Assembly: GCA_951406725.2 (NCBI GenBank)
Contig: OX597828.1
Location: forward strand, 44,888,001-44,952,000
DNA from: Octopus vulgaris
Taxonomy: Eukaryota
Length of the DNA: 64,000 nt
Reading direction: 5' to 3'
The translations under genes were made by a program, and so were the position numbers. A model generated the notes under the pieces. It saw only the letters and a list, made by a program, of their open reading frames with translations. It searched no databases and was not told the DNA's origin. This document shows, one piece after another, positions 29,279 to 42,665 of this stretch. Position 1 is the first letter of the stretch, and the number at the start of each line of letters is the position of its first letter.

Positions 29279-29682
29279 GGCACAGGAGTGGCTGTGTGGT
29301 AAGTAGCTTGCTAACCAACCACATGGTTCCGGGTTCATTCCCACTGCGTGGCATCTTGGGCAAGTGTCTTCTGCTATGGCCCCGGGCTGACCAATACCTT
29401 GTGAGTGGATTTGGTAGATGGAAACTGAAAGAATCCTGTCATATATATGTATATATATGTATGTGTGTGTATGTGTTTGTGTGTTTGTCCCCCTAGCATT
29501 GCTTGACAACCGATGCTGGTGTGTTTACGTCCCCGTCACTTAGCGATTCGGCAAATGAGACCGATAGAATAAGTACTGTGCTTACAAAGAATAAGTCCCA
29601 GGATCGATTTGCTCGACTAAAGGCGGTGCTCCAGCATGGCCACAGTCAAATGACTGAAACAAGTAAAAGAGTAAAAGAGAAA
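29279..29682 (+). mobile_element. SINE family A, full length
   Basis: Matches family A; head 14-mer cacaggagtggctg duplicated just upstream. Confidence 0.85.
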
Positions 29683-30164
29683 GAGAGAGTCATCCATCCA
29701 TCCATCCATTTGTTCGAATCACTATCCCTGTGAGTGGAGGTGCGTGGCTTACTTGTTAGGAGTATTAAACTCATGATCCTAAGATTGTGGTTTCAATTCC
29801 TGGACCAGGCAATGCATTATGTTCTTGAGGAAAATACTTCATTTTGCATTGCACCAGTCCACTCAGCTGGTAAAAGGGAGTAATCCTGTGATGGACCGGG
29901 TCCCATCCAAGTGGGGTATATATGTGCCACGGAAACCCGGAAACTAGCCCTTATGAGTTGGTATCACCAGAGAGGGTAACTTTACCTTTACTATTCCTGT
30001 GAGGCCCCTGGGAGAGTATCCTCCATTGAGCCCTACCGGATTCTCAAGTGTGACCCAATGAGACTATGGATATTTTGAAGAATCTGTGTTGTGATCCTTT
30101 CATGTAGAATTCTAATCACATGCCTGTAGAAGAGATATTAAGTGATTTTTGGTCTTATTGTATC

Positions 30165-30571
30165 ATACGAGCATGATCATTGCCAGAGCAACAAGCTGGC
30201 CTCCGTGCCGGTGGCACGTAAAAAAAAACACCATTCGAGCGTGATCGTTACCTGCGTCACCTTACTGGCACTTGTGCTGGTGGCAAGTGAAAAAACATTT
30301 GAGCGAGGTCGTTGCCAGTGCTGCTGGGCTGGCTCCTGTGCAGGTGGCATATAAAAAGGCACCATTTGAGTGTGGTCATTGCCAGTACTGTCTGACTGGT
30401 CCTCGTGCTGGTGGCATGTAAAAGCACCCACTGCACTCTCGGAATGGTTGGCATTAGGAAGGGCATCCAGCTGTAGAAACTCTGCCAGATCAGACTGGAG
30501 TCTGGTGCAGCCATCTGGTTTGCCAGACCTAAGTCAAATCGTCCAACCTATGATGATGATGATGATGATGA
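30165..30571 (+). mobile_element. RTE-like family C 3' UTR
   Basis: Tandem units plus (GAT)n tail. Confidence 0.75.
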
Positions 30572-30601
30572 TTTGCCTCATGGCAGGGAAAGAAGTAACT
30601 A

Positions 30602-30780
30602 CCATATTTTAACATGTATAAGGAACTCTTTGTTGTCAAAAATTAGGTTAAAAAAATATGTGAGTTTCTTATACATGGATAATATTATAATCCCTTACAA
30701 AACCGTTTTTTCCAAATTTTAAGACCAAAATATTATGGTTTCCTTATACATGAGGGTTCCTTATACGTGTTAAAATATGC
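30602..30780. mobile_element. Tc2/pogo-like MITE
   Basis: TIR CCATATTTTAACATGTATAAGGAAC / GTTCCTTATACGTGTTAAAATATGC, TA on both sides, subterminal TTCCTTATAC repeats. Confidence 0.7.
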
Positions 30781-31148
30781 TAACTAATTCAGAAGCGATA
30801 GGAAGCAGGATGTAGAACTGGATGTTAGAAAACGCAAGTGCTGGCTCAGAAATGCTCCAGCTGTAGCATTCAGTCCCCAGAAGAGGAGAGGTTAAATAAA
30901 AAAAGCCAAACCTACTTCAGCTTAGTTTCCATGCCTGTGCTTATCTATGGTCATGAATGTTGGATAATTCTTGGTATCATTTATTTCTCATTACATGTTT
31001 CATTACCTAATAAGAGCCACATAGGTATGGATGTAGAGAAACATGTAAGACATCTGCTATGCATTATTCTTTAGACAAAGAATTAATAAACTGTGTTGAG
31101 TCCAAATTTTTGCAATATTTTGGTAACTTATTCACTTAAATTTTTGAA

Positions 31149-31865
31149 GGCATAGGAGTGGCTGTGTGGTAAGTAGCTTGCTTACATATTGATTTTTAAA
31201 AAAAGAAAAGATGTTTTCAAGAAAAATCCAATCGGCGGGTGTTGGGTTTCATCTCTCATTTACTCATTTTATTTCATTTTCATTCATTAAAGTGTTTGTC
31301 CAGCCCACAAAGCTACATAATCTTTGTACCGTCTATATGACAAATTTTATGAAATAAAGTAGCTTGCTTACCTTGGGCTGACCAAAGCCTTGTGAGTGGA
31401 TTTGGTTGATAGAAACTGAAAGAAGCCTGTCATATATATATATCATCATCATCATCATCATTGTTTAACATTCGCTTTCTATGCTAGCATGGGCTGGAAG
31501 ATTTGACTGACGACTGGTGAACTAGATGGCTGCACGAAGCTCCAATCTTGATCTGGCAGAGTTTCGACACCTGGATGCTCTTCCTAACGCCAACCACTCT
31601 GAGAGTGTAGTGGGTGCTTTTACTTGCCACTGGCATGAGGGCCAGTCAGGCAGTACTGGCAACGGCCATGCTCAAATAGTGTTTTTTACGTGCCACCAGC
31701 ACAGGAGCCAGTCCAGTGGCATTGGCAACGACCTCGCTCGAATATTTTTTCCTGTGCCTCCAGCACAAGTGCCAGTAAGGCGACGCTGGTAACGATCACA
31801 CTCGAATGGTGCTCTTAGCGCTCCACTAGTACGGATGCCAGTCATCGAATTTGATTTTGATTTCG

Positions 31866-31905
<40 letters not shown>

Positions 31906-32128
31906 GTATTTGTGTGTATATGTTTGTGTGTCTATGTTTGTTGCACCAACATTGCTTGACAACAGATGCTGGTGTGTTTATGTAACTTAGCGGTTCAGCA
32001 AAAGAGACAGATAGAATAAGTTCTAGGCTTACAAAGAATAAGTCCTAGGGTTGATTTGCTTGACTAAAAGCAGTGCTCCAGCGTGGCCATAGTCAAATGA
32101 CTGAAGCAAGTAAAAGAGTAAAAGAGTA
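31149..32128 (+). mobile_element. SINE family A carrying two inserts (31186-31356 unknown; 31443-31866 family C on -)
   Basis: SINE segments are colinear around the inserts. Confidence 0.8.
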
Positions 32129-33659
32129 AGTTACCACAAAAAGCAGCCCAGCATTCATTAACCTAGAGGAGGTAGAAGCTTCAGTGAAGGATTTCTGTGT
32201 CTAAAATGACAAGACCTTGTATCAGTATGGGATCAAAGAACTGGTTGAATGGTGGCGTCAGATGGTGCAACACGACAGTCTCTTCTTTGAATGTTGGGCA
32301 AATAAGTTACCAAAGTATTGCAAAACTTTTGAGTCAATACAATTTATATTTACAACAGGCATCCACTCAAATTCTGTCTTTCACATTTATTCAGAAGTTA
32401 TCAGTCAGACCAGGGTGGAGGTGCATGGGTTAGTGGTTAGGGTGTTTGATTCGTGATCATAAGATTGTGGTTTCAATTCCTGGACCGGGCAGCATGTTGT
32501 GTTCTTGAGCAAAAACACTTCATTTCACATTGCTCCAGCTAGCAAATATAAGTAATCCTGCGATCGACCAGCATCCTGTCCAAGTGGAGAATTTATATGC
32601 CATGAAACCAGAAAAAATTGGCCATTGTTTGTCAGCATGACTTAAGGAGGTAACTTTGCTTTACTTTACAAGATGGCCCAGGGCTATAGAAGAAGATACT
32701 TGCCCTTGATTCCATGCTGTAAGACGGAACCCAAAACCACATGATTTCAAAGTGAGTTTCTTAACCTCTTACACGTGCCTGCACCTTGTTGTGAATTTGA
32801 TCTCAAGACCCCTGAATTGGTAGTACGACAACATACCTCCTCACTTCTTCCAAACTTAATTATTCGTATCATTTGCATGTTCTCCACAAAATCACGATTT
32901 TGTTTCAACATTTTTAAATATTAAAGTATTAGTCATTAATTAACTAGCAGCTGTTTTATATCTCTCAATCATCATCACCTCTTTCCACCCATGCCACTCA
33001 ACACTCTCTCAGATGTTTCCTATTCCAATGTTGGGAAAATAGTAAATGTGTTAAGAACGTTTCTGCTTTGCTATGGCAAGCTCTGCAGGAAGGTGTGATG
33101 TGAAATGCAGCGTGATTTGTATATCAGCTTAATTTCTTGGTTTTCTTATCCAGCAAATCTAATTACAGATGTTAAAACAAGCACCTGCAACATTATGCAT
33201 AACAGCATGTATGGGGTGGGTGGGTGAGTGAGTGTATGTGGTGGTGTTGGTGCAGGTGGTGGTAGTGGTGGTGCCGGGTGTGTGTGTGTGATGTGTGGAA
33301 TTGTGTTATAACACAGCTTGCTGCAGTAATACATTAATATGTGGTGGTGGTAGTGGTGGTTGTGGTGGTGGAATAGGGGTAGCAATGGCCATTAGCCATT
33401 AATTTACCTTTGCTACCATGTAAACAGAGAACGCCACCACCACCACCGATCCAACATAAAGACCACCTCCCAACATCCCAACAGTATCACGGGGGGGGGG
33501 GAACCACCACCACCACCACCACCACCACTATCACCGCCACCGTCACCATCACCGTCACCATCACCAATATATCAACCCTTATCACTGCCTACATACAAAA
33601 AAAAACACTAAATCCAATGTCAAAACAAACAACAGGAACAGGACCACCATCAACATGAA

Positions 33660-34150
33660 AGCCATCAACACCAGCAGCAGCATTACCACCACCATCACCA
33701 CCACCACCACCACCACCATCACCACCACCACCACCACCACCACCACCACCACCACCACCACCACCACCATCACCACCACCACCACCACCACCACCACCAC
33801 CACCACCACCACCACCATCACCACCACCACCACCACCACCACCACCACCACTACCACCACCACCACCACCACCACCACCACCACCACTACCACCACCACC
33901 ACTACCACCACCACTACCACTACTACCACCACCACCACTACCACCACCACCACCACCACCATCACCACCACCACCACCACCACCACCACCACCACCACCA
34001 CCACCACCATCCACCATCACCACCATCACCACCACCACCACCACCACCACCACCACCACCACCACCATCACCACCACCACCACCACCACCACCACCACCA
34101 CCACCACCACCACCACCACCACCACCACCACCACCACCACTACCACCACC
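33660..34150. repeat. (CAC)n microsatellite
   Basis: Directly visible. Confidence 0.95.
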
Positions 34151-34962
34151 AACACTACAAGCACTGCTACACAAACACTACTGTTGCTGGTACCACATCC
34201 ATTGGGGAAAACAAGAGATCCATTTGCATAGTTCGTTAACATAATGAGTCCTAAAATAATTAATAATTCAAGAGTTATTTTAACGAGATACCTAATGTGC
34301 TGTTACGTATACTTAGGAATCATGGATTGAGGGTGGAGCAGAGGCAGGTTGGGAGTGGGGTATCTATGATATAAAGTAATACATGTGCAATTAGGATGTG
34401 TTATTGATGAGGACTCTGAGTGAACGCTGGAAGGAACTGAAACCTGCTTTGTATTGTTTGGTGTCTGGTTCGGATGAATGGTAAACTTCATGGTGGAATT
34501 ATGGTATTATTCCGAGATCTTCTTAAAATTTACTTGGTTTTGTCTTACGAGATTGTCGTGATAACTACATCGCCTTACTTCCCATCTTTAATATAGTCTT
34601 GCTCGCGAGTAATTTGTTTTCAATGGTGTGTGTGTGAGTGTGTGTGAGTGTGTGTGTGTGTGTGTGAGCGTGTGTGTGAGTGCGTGCGTGTGTGTGTGTG
34701 TGTGCAAGTGTGTCTGTGAGAAAGAGAGAGAGTTTGTGTATGTATGTAAGTACGGATATAAATATGTACACATACATACACACATACGAGTGTACGCATG
34801 GACACACGTATCTGTATGTATGTATATATATATACATATATATATATATGTATGTATACATATATATTCATACATACATAAATACATACAAACACGCACA
34901 CACATACATACACACACATGCATATATATATCTGAGAGTGTATATATATATATATATATATA

Positions 34963-35353
34963 CTAGCAGTATCGCCCGGCGTTGCTCGGGTTTGTAAGGG
35001 AAATAACTATATAAGCATTTTTAGAGATGTAAAGTATAATAGCCATCTCAATATGGTTAACCACAAAGGGGGAGTGTTACTGTAGCTTTTTACGTTCTGA
35101 GATTTAATAATAAATTTTTGAGAGTTACTTCCCTTATATATGCCCAAAATGCATTAAAAATGGGAAAAATTGATGGTAATTTTTTTTTTAATCGTAGCCT
35201 CAATATAGATGTGCGCTGATACCCAGAAGGGCTCGATATGAATCACGACTATAAGATACCCGGTTTTGGTTAAACTGCACCGCAAAATGTGGGAGTAGTT
35301 ATGAATCTAATTCGTAGGAGACAGACACACAACCTCACTTTTATATATAAAGA
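34963..35353 (-). mobile_element. Non-autonomous Helitron
   Basis: Minus strand a|TCTTTATATATAAAAG ... CCCGAGCAACGCCGGG hairpin ... CTAG|t; no TSD. Confidence 0.75.
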
Positions 35354-35739
35354 TATGTTTGAGAAATTTTGATAAACACAAGCTTATATCATTTGTTCCA
35401 ACTAAGTACATTAGGAGCTAAATTACTATACAGAGAAGCAGACTGTTTGATTATAACCTACTTGGAGCTCTATGCTCAAAAGTAACAGTCATACATTTAA
35501 TTGTATGCACAAGATATAGTATATATATATATATGTACGTATATACATACATTGCACCATGCTGAACAGTTGAACTCTGCACATTTTTTCTCTCCACTTT
35601 TTTTCCTCTTAATCCTTACTGCCAAAGAGCATAGGCTCGAAACGTAAAGGACTTTTCTGTTTAGCCCGAGCGTTAAACTAATACACCTGCTTGTTGTTCC
35701 TACACCTGTCTACGTCTTTTATTTTCTGCAAAATTGATC

Positions 35740-35775
<36 letters not shown>

Positions 35776-35859
35776 TGTATGTATGTATGTATGTATGTAT
35801 GTATGTATGTATGCATGTATGTATGAATGTATGTATATATGTTTGTATGTATGTATATA

Positions 35860-36215
35860 TGTCATTATTCAGTTTTGTTTCAAGATTTCTTGCCAATAGG
35901 GAAAGAGCTGGTTTCTGACCTAGATCCAAGGTTCCTTCATTGGAATTTCAACATCAACAGGGTATTTTTCATGTATGTATACGTGCAGATTTGTATGTTT
36001 TGTTCTTTGCAGGTATTTTTAGGCATATACTTGCATGTCTATACGTGCTCATATGTACTTAAATGATAAACTTATTTCAAGTTTTACAGATTTTTAAAGT
36101 TCCAGTGATTGCTTGGATCTGTAATCTTTGAATCAGCTTTTTCCTTTCTGATTTTGAGAAGCCTACTTTCTCAAGATTGGTATTTAGGCAGTGTGTTACA
36201 TAAGCCAATATCCCA
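35860..36215 (-). pseudogene. 3' end of a restriction-like-endonuclease non-LTR retrotransposon (R4/Dong/NeSL-like)
   Basis: GILAYVTHCLNTNLEKVGFSKSERKKLIQRLQIQAITGTLKICKT resembles the GALG...LQxxxxxGTxKI C-terminus; 3' UTR ends in (CATA)n. Confidence 0.55.
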
Positions 36216-36261
36216 ATATATATATGTAATGTGTGTATGTGTGTAAGTGTGTATGAATGAG

Positions 36262-36819
36262 GCAAGTGAAATCGAAATCAAATTCAATGACTGGCATCCA
36301 TGCTAGTGGGGTGCAAAGAGCCCCATACGAGTGTGATCATTGACAGAGCAGCTAACTGGCTTCTGTGCCAGTGGCACATAAAAGGCACCATTCGAGTGTG
36401 ATCATTACCAGCATCACCTTACTGGCACTTGTGTCCCGTGCTAGTAGCGTTATAAGAGCACCATCCGAGCATGATTGTTGCTAGAGTGGCTAACTGGCTT
36501 CCGTGCCGATGGCACATAAAAGATACCATTTGAGCGTGATCGTTACCAGCGTTGCCTTACTGGTACTTGTGCCAGTGGCATGTGAAAAAACATTCCAGCA
36601 AGGTTGTTGCCAGTACCACCTGACTGGCGCCCATGCCAGTGGCACATAAAAGGCACCCACTACACTAATGGAGTGGTTGGTGTTAGGAAGTTCATCAAGC
36701 TGTAGAAATTCTGCCAGATGAAGATTGGAGCCTGGTGCAGCCATCTGGTTCGTCAGCCCTCAATAAAACTGTCCAACCCATGCTAGCATGGAAAGCGGAC
36801 GTTAAACGATGATGATGAT
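36262..36819 (+). mobile_element. RTE-like family C 3' UTR
   Basis: (GAAATC)n start, tandem units, (GAT)n tail. Confidence 0.75.
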
Positions 36820-36947
36820 ACATATATATATATATATATATATTAATAGTAATGGTATGACAACACAAAAATGAATGAGACATCTATAGTATGTAAATAG
36901 AGGAATTTATCTGTTATATAATATGTGACAAATTATTTGGTTGCCAT

Positions 36948-37008
36948 AACAAGACTTTGAGTTTCGGATGTCGGGGTGGAAATCTGCTCCGGCATCTCGT
37001 CAGTTATC
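36948..37008 (-). ncRNA. Type-I hammerhead motif with GUC site inside a fold-back element (36909-37065)
   Basis: Minus strand gataa-CTGACGA-GATGCCGG..CCGACATC-c-GAA-ACTCAAAGT-C-ttgtt. Confidence 0.65.
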
Positions 37009-37066
37009 AAGGCAATCAAAAAATGCTATTATGGCAACTGAATAATTGTCACATATATTACAGATA

Positions 37067-37101
<35 letters not shown>

Positions 37102-37114
37102 TCATATATATATC

Positions 37115-37495
37115 AACATCATCATCATCATCATCGTATAACGTTCATTTTCCATGCTAGCATGGGTTGGATGGTTCGACTGGGGTCTGGGAAACCAGGA
37201 GGCTGCACCAGGCTCCAGTCTGATCTGGCAGTGTTTCTACTGCTGAATGCCCTTCCTAATGCCAACCATTCTGAGTGTGTAGTGGGTGCTTTTTACGTGT
37301 CACCGGCACAAGGACCAGAGGAGGTTGGCAAATGGCCACAATTGGTTGGGGCTTTTTATGTGTCACCGACACGAATGCCAGTCATGCGGCATCAGCCACG
37401 TTCGGATGGTGCTTTTTACGTGCCACAATTTCCATTTGATTTTTATTTTGATGTTGATTTTGATGTCTCCTCAAGCACAGCGGGCCACCCTACAA
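37115..37495 (-). mobile_element. RTE-like family C 3' end
   Basis: (CAT)n tail; AVLEE-coding remnant near 37470. Confidence 0.7.
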
Positions 37496-38064
37496 TCAAA
37501 GACCTTGTAATGAGCATCTATAGTAGAAGACACTTGCTCAAGGTGCCATGCAGTGGGACCGAACCCGGAACTACGTGGTTGGTAAGAAAGCTACTTACCA
37601 CACAGCCACTCCTACACCTATGACCTCTATCTAGCATCCCTTTTATACTAGCAGCACTTACCATTTTCAGTAGTCCAAAGACCTTGTAATGAGCAAACAC
37701 TTTAAAAAAAGTAAAAAATTATTTTATAGGGGCAAGGTGTTAACTGTAGACGTTCTCGACTGCACCAATAGACGCCTTTAAATGAACTGATATTTTCCTG
37801 AGCATAAATCCATTTTCACATCAAGAAACAATCAAAGTTATTTGTCTTCAGATAACAATGCCACAAATATATGAAATATATTATTGTTGTATTAAAAACG
37901 TCAAAGAGAAGTCAAAAATAAGAATATATTATTTATTCATTTATCATCATAATATATATTAATTAACTTTGATGTTTGAAGATATCTCGAAGAAAATTAG
38001 TTATTTTTATTTTGAAATATATTCAGACAATTATAAAATTTTTATCTTCTTTGTATATATCTTC

Positions 38065-38111
<47 letters not shown>

Positions 38112-38422
38112 TGTCATTGTTATCATCATTGCTGTCATCACCATCATCCACCTCTTCTTTCTCCTCCACATCCACATTTTTTTTTATCGTTCACTTTCCC
38201 ATGCTTGCATGGGTCAGATGGGACAGGTCTTCTACAGCCGGATGCCCTTCCTTGTTGCAAAGCCAACCCCTGTTTCTAAGTAAGGTTAATATTTCCCATT
38301 GACCAGACATGTCTTCATGGAAGACTGAAAATATATGATGTCTCTTGTATGATGGTGATGAAACTTATTTACAATTATCATGCTATGTCAAAACAAGGAG
38401 GCACAAACACACACATACTTAC

Positions 38423-38463
<41 letters not shown>

Positions 38464-38539
38464 TATATGATAGACTTCTTTCAGTTTCTGTCTGCCAAAT
38501 CTATTCATAAGGTTTTGGTTAGCCAGATATATATATATT

Positions 38540-38740
38540 GGCATGCCTGTGCCGGTGGTACGTAAAAAGCACCCACTACACTCTCGGAGTGGTTGGCATT
38601 AGGAAGGGCATCCAGCTGTAGAAACTCTGCCAGATCAAGGTTGGAGCCTGGTGCAGCCATCTGGCTTGCCAGCCCTCAGTCAAAATCGTCCAGCCCATGC
38701 TAGCATGGAAAGTGGATGTTAAACGATGATGATGATGATA
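38540..38740 (+). mobile_element. RTE-like family C terminal fragment
   Basis: Family C tail with (GAT)n. Confidence 0.75.
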
Positions 38741-38754
38741 TGTATATGTATGTG

Positions 38755-38798
<44 letters not shown>

Positions 38799-38844
38799 TA
38801 TTTATATATCTTCATCATATATATGTGTGTATATGTATATATAT

Positions 38845-39550
38845 CATCATCATCAATACCATCATCATTGTTTAACATCTGTGTTCCATGCTGGCATGGG
38901 TTGGATGGTTTGACTGAGGACTGGCAAGCCAGGAGGCTGAACCAGGCTCCAGTCTCATCTGGCAAGGTTTCTACAGCTGGATGCACTTCCTAATGCCAAT
39001 TATTCTAAGAGTGTAATGGGTGCTTTTTACTTATCACCAGTATGAGGGCCAGTCAGGTGGCATTGGCAACAACCATGCTCAAATGATGCCTTTTACGTGC
39101 CACTGGTATGGGAGCCAGTCAGGTAGCATTGGCAACAACCCATGCTTGAATGGTGCTTTTTACATGCCACTGGTATAGGAGCCAGTCATGCGGCACTAGC
39201 AACAGGCACACTCGAACGGTGCTTTTTATGTGCCACCGGCACAGGATGAGTCAGATAGCACTGGTATCGACTACATTCAAATGATGCTTTTTACTTGCCA
39301 CCAGCACAGGAACCAGTCAAGTAGTACTGGCATTGGCCATGACAGTGACTTCCCTTGACTCAACAGTTCTTCACAAGCGCAGTTTATTGCCCAGTGATTG
39401 AAGAGTACTCTTAAATGAGTCAGTTATGCTGCACTGGCATAGGCCACAGTTATGGGCTCGCTTAGCTTGCCGGGTCTTCTCAAGCATAGCATATCTCAAA
39501 AGGTCTCGGTCACCCGTCATCGCCTCCATAAGGGTCAACGTTTGAAGGTC
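38845..39550 (-). pseudogene. 5'-truncated RTE-like LINE (ORF end plus minisatellite 3' UTR)
   Basis: DLQTLTLMEAMTGDRDLLRYAMLEKTRQAK, followed by ~6 tandem units and the tail. Confidence 0.8.
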
Positions 39551-39794
39551 ATATATATATAACAATTAAGGATAAAATTGTTCAATATTTTTATCAGTGG
39601 CCAAAATAAAAAATAGAGCTATTAAGATGAATTCATACAGAGAGATTTATAATAGTATAAAATAAAATTATAAGAGCATAAAAGATACCATGCTTATATG
39701 CTGAAAAGAGATGCTAAAACACCGAACCACTTTAAATCATCACTTAATTGTATGTTATACTATTATAAATCTCTCTCTGTCTCTCTTTCTCTCA

Positions 39795-39833
<39 letters not shown>

Positions 39834-39850
39834 TAGATAGATAGATATAG

Positions 39851-39889
<39 letters not shown>

Positions 39890-40243
39890 CGTACATACAT
39901 ACATACATACATACATACATACATACATACATACATACATACATAAATACATACATGCATACATACATGCAAGCAGTGGTTAGGGCAGTGGACTCACGGT
40001 TTCGATTCCCAGACCAGGTGTTGTGAGTGTTTATTAAACAAAAACACCTAGAGATCCACAAGGTTCCGGCAGGTGGGGGGGGGGGTGATCCCTGCTTTCT
40101 TCTATTGGCCTGCTTGCTTAGCCAGCGGGGTGGCATCATTTGAAGGCTTAAACAATGAGAAGTGCATTGTGACCAGCGATGTATCACAACATCTGATAGC
40201 CTGGTCAGTCATGGTGATCACAGTGATATAAATATATACATAC

Positions 40244-40274
<31 letters not shown>

Positions 40275-40437
40275 TATTTATATATATATACATATATAAT
40301 AATATATATATATATATATAATATTAGGGAATATTATTCCAAACTTACAGGGAATTATATTATTGTCATTTCATTGTTGAATTGATAAAAGGTGGTTTTT
40401 CTCTAATTTATATATATATATATATATATATATACAT

Positions 40438-40604
40438 AGGTACAGGCATAGCTGAATGGTAAGCTAAGAAGCTTGCTTCCTAACCACATGGTTCCAGGTT
40501 CAGTCCCACTGCATGACACCTTGGGCAAGTGTCTTCTACCGTAGCCTCAAGCAGACAATGCCTTGTGAGTGGATTTGGTAGATGGAAACTGAAAGAAGCC
40601 TGTC

Positions 40605-40642
<38 letters not shown>

Positions 40643-40862
40643 GTATGTATATGTTTGTGTGTCTGTGTTTGTCCCCCTACCTTCACTTGACAATCGATGT
40701 TGGTGTGTTTACGTCCCTGTAATTTAGCATTTTGGCAAAAGTGATGGATAGAATAAGTAGTAGGTTCACAAAATATAAGTCCTGGGGTCAATTAATTCGA
40801 CTAAAGGTGGTGCTCCAGCATGGCCACAGTCAAATGACTGAAACAAGTAAAGAATAAAGGAA
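40438..40862 (+). mobile_element. SINE family A, full length
   Basis: Matches family A. Confidence 0.85.
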
Positions 40863-41250
40863 TATATATATATATACACATAGATAGATATACCTACACA
40901 GACACAAATGGATTCACACACATTCACCTCAGAGGGAGTTTTTATCCACTACTTGTTTGGATAATCTGTTTATTTCTTTCTACTCTAAGCACAAAGTCTG
41001 AAATTTTTGGGGATTTGATCGACCATAGTACACAACTGGTACTTAATTTATTGACCTCGAAAGGATGGATGTCAAAGTCAACCTCAGCGGGATTTGAACT
41101 CAGAATGCAGTGGCAGACAAAATACCACAAATCATTTCACCCAGTGTGCTAACATTTCTGCCAGCTCACCGCCATGGATTATCTGTTTGTTGAAGTTTAT
41201 CAAGTTACTATATTATGTATATTTGAGACAGTGCGTGTGTGTGTGTGAGA

Positions 41251-41281
<31 letters not shown>

Positions 41282-41448
41282 CGTGTGTGGGCGTGTGTGC
41301 AGGAGTATTTGTCCTCTAGCTTGGTACTTCACAATATTTTATTTTCTGTTTCACTCCTTCACTATCTGTCTATCAGCTCATCTAAATGTTTTTACTAATC
41401 TATTTTCCAGCTTCTGTCAGACTGTTAGTGAATATACATATATACATG

Positions 41449-41504
<56 letters not shown>

Positions 41505-42665
41505 GACACACACACACACACATACACACATGTATGAGTGAGTATGCATATATATGTGTGTGAGTCTGTGCATGTGCATATATGTATATACTGTATATAC
41601 ATATATATAACAAAGATGTATGTATATGTATATATATGTGTATATATATATATATGTGTGTGTATGTATATATATATATATATACTTATGTTGGTGTATG
41701 TATATATAGATATACATATAAAGATAGGTATGTTTATGTATGTATATATATATGTGTGTGTATGTATATATATATATACACACACATGCATATGTCTCTC
41801 CATATATATATACACGCACACACTCACCCACAAACGTGTGTATATGTTGTATGTGTGTATGTTTATCGGGTATAAATCTATTATTTTTATTCATCTCTTT
41901 ACATGTAGTTCTCTGTCTGTCTAGCTGTGTATGTATCTGTATGTACGTGTGTGTGTGTGTGTGTGTGTGTCGTGTGTGTATGTGTGTATGTGTCCTCTTC
42001 AGTAAATCAAGGTAATGTTTATTATCACTATTAAATAGGGAAAAACTAGAATTTTGAATAATTAATTTCAATAGGAAAAGTTTAAGAGAAAAATTCACCA
42101 AATCATATAGAATCGTGGAAATAGACAGACACACACTCACACAAATGTGTATAAGGTGTATATATATACATATTTGTATGTGTGTATTTATACATGCATA
42201 TGTGTGTGTATGTATACATACTTGTATATATGTGTGTATATAAGTAGATATATGCATGTATATATATTTCTATATTCATATGTATATATACATGTGTTTA
42301 TATATATATGTGTGTGTATACATGTATGTGTATATGTGCATGCATCTGTTTCTGTGTGTATGTGTGTATTTGTGTGGGAGTGGGGCCTAGGTGTCGTGGG
42401 GGTGTGATGTGCCCGTTTATATATTTAGCTTATTACGTGCTGAGATTTTAGAGTATTTTAGAATATTCAATATTTCATTGGTTAACATCAAAGTCATTCT
42501 GTATTCATATAGACTGGCGTGAAATGATGACAAGTGCATGATGTATGGTATTTAAGTGTCATATATAATGCATGTGGCTGTGTGGTTAACACCTTCGATA
42601 TACAGCCATGATATTTTGGGTGCGGTCCCACGGCCCAGCATCTTGAACATGTATAATCTATTATA

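Noticed and set aside
29279-29350. SINE heads as tRNA genes
   Set aside because: A/B-box remnants only, no full cloverleaf, and continuous with SINE bodies
38990-39345. CRISPR-like repeat/spacer appearance of family C units
   Set aside because: The 'spacers' are homologous to each other, the array is a LINE 3' UTR, there are no cas genes and the context is eukaryotic
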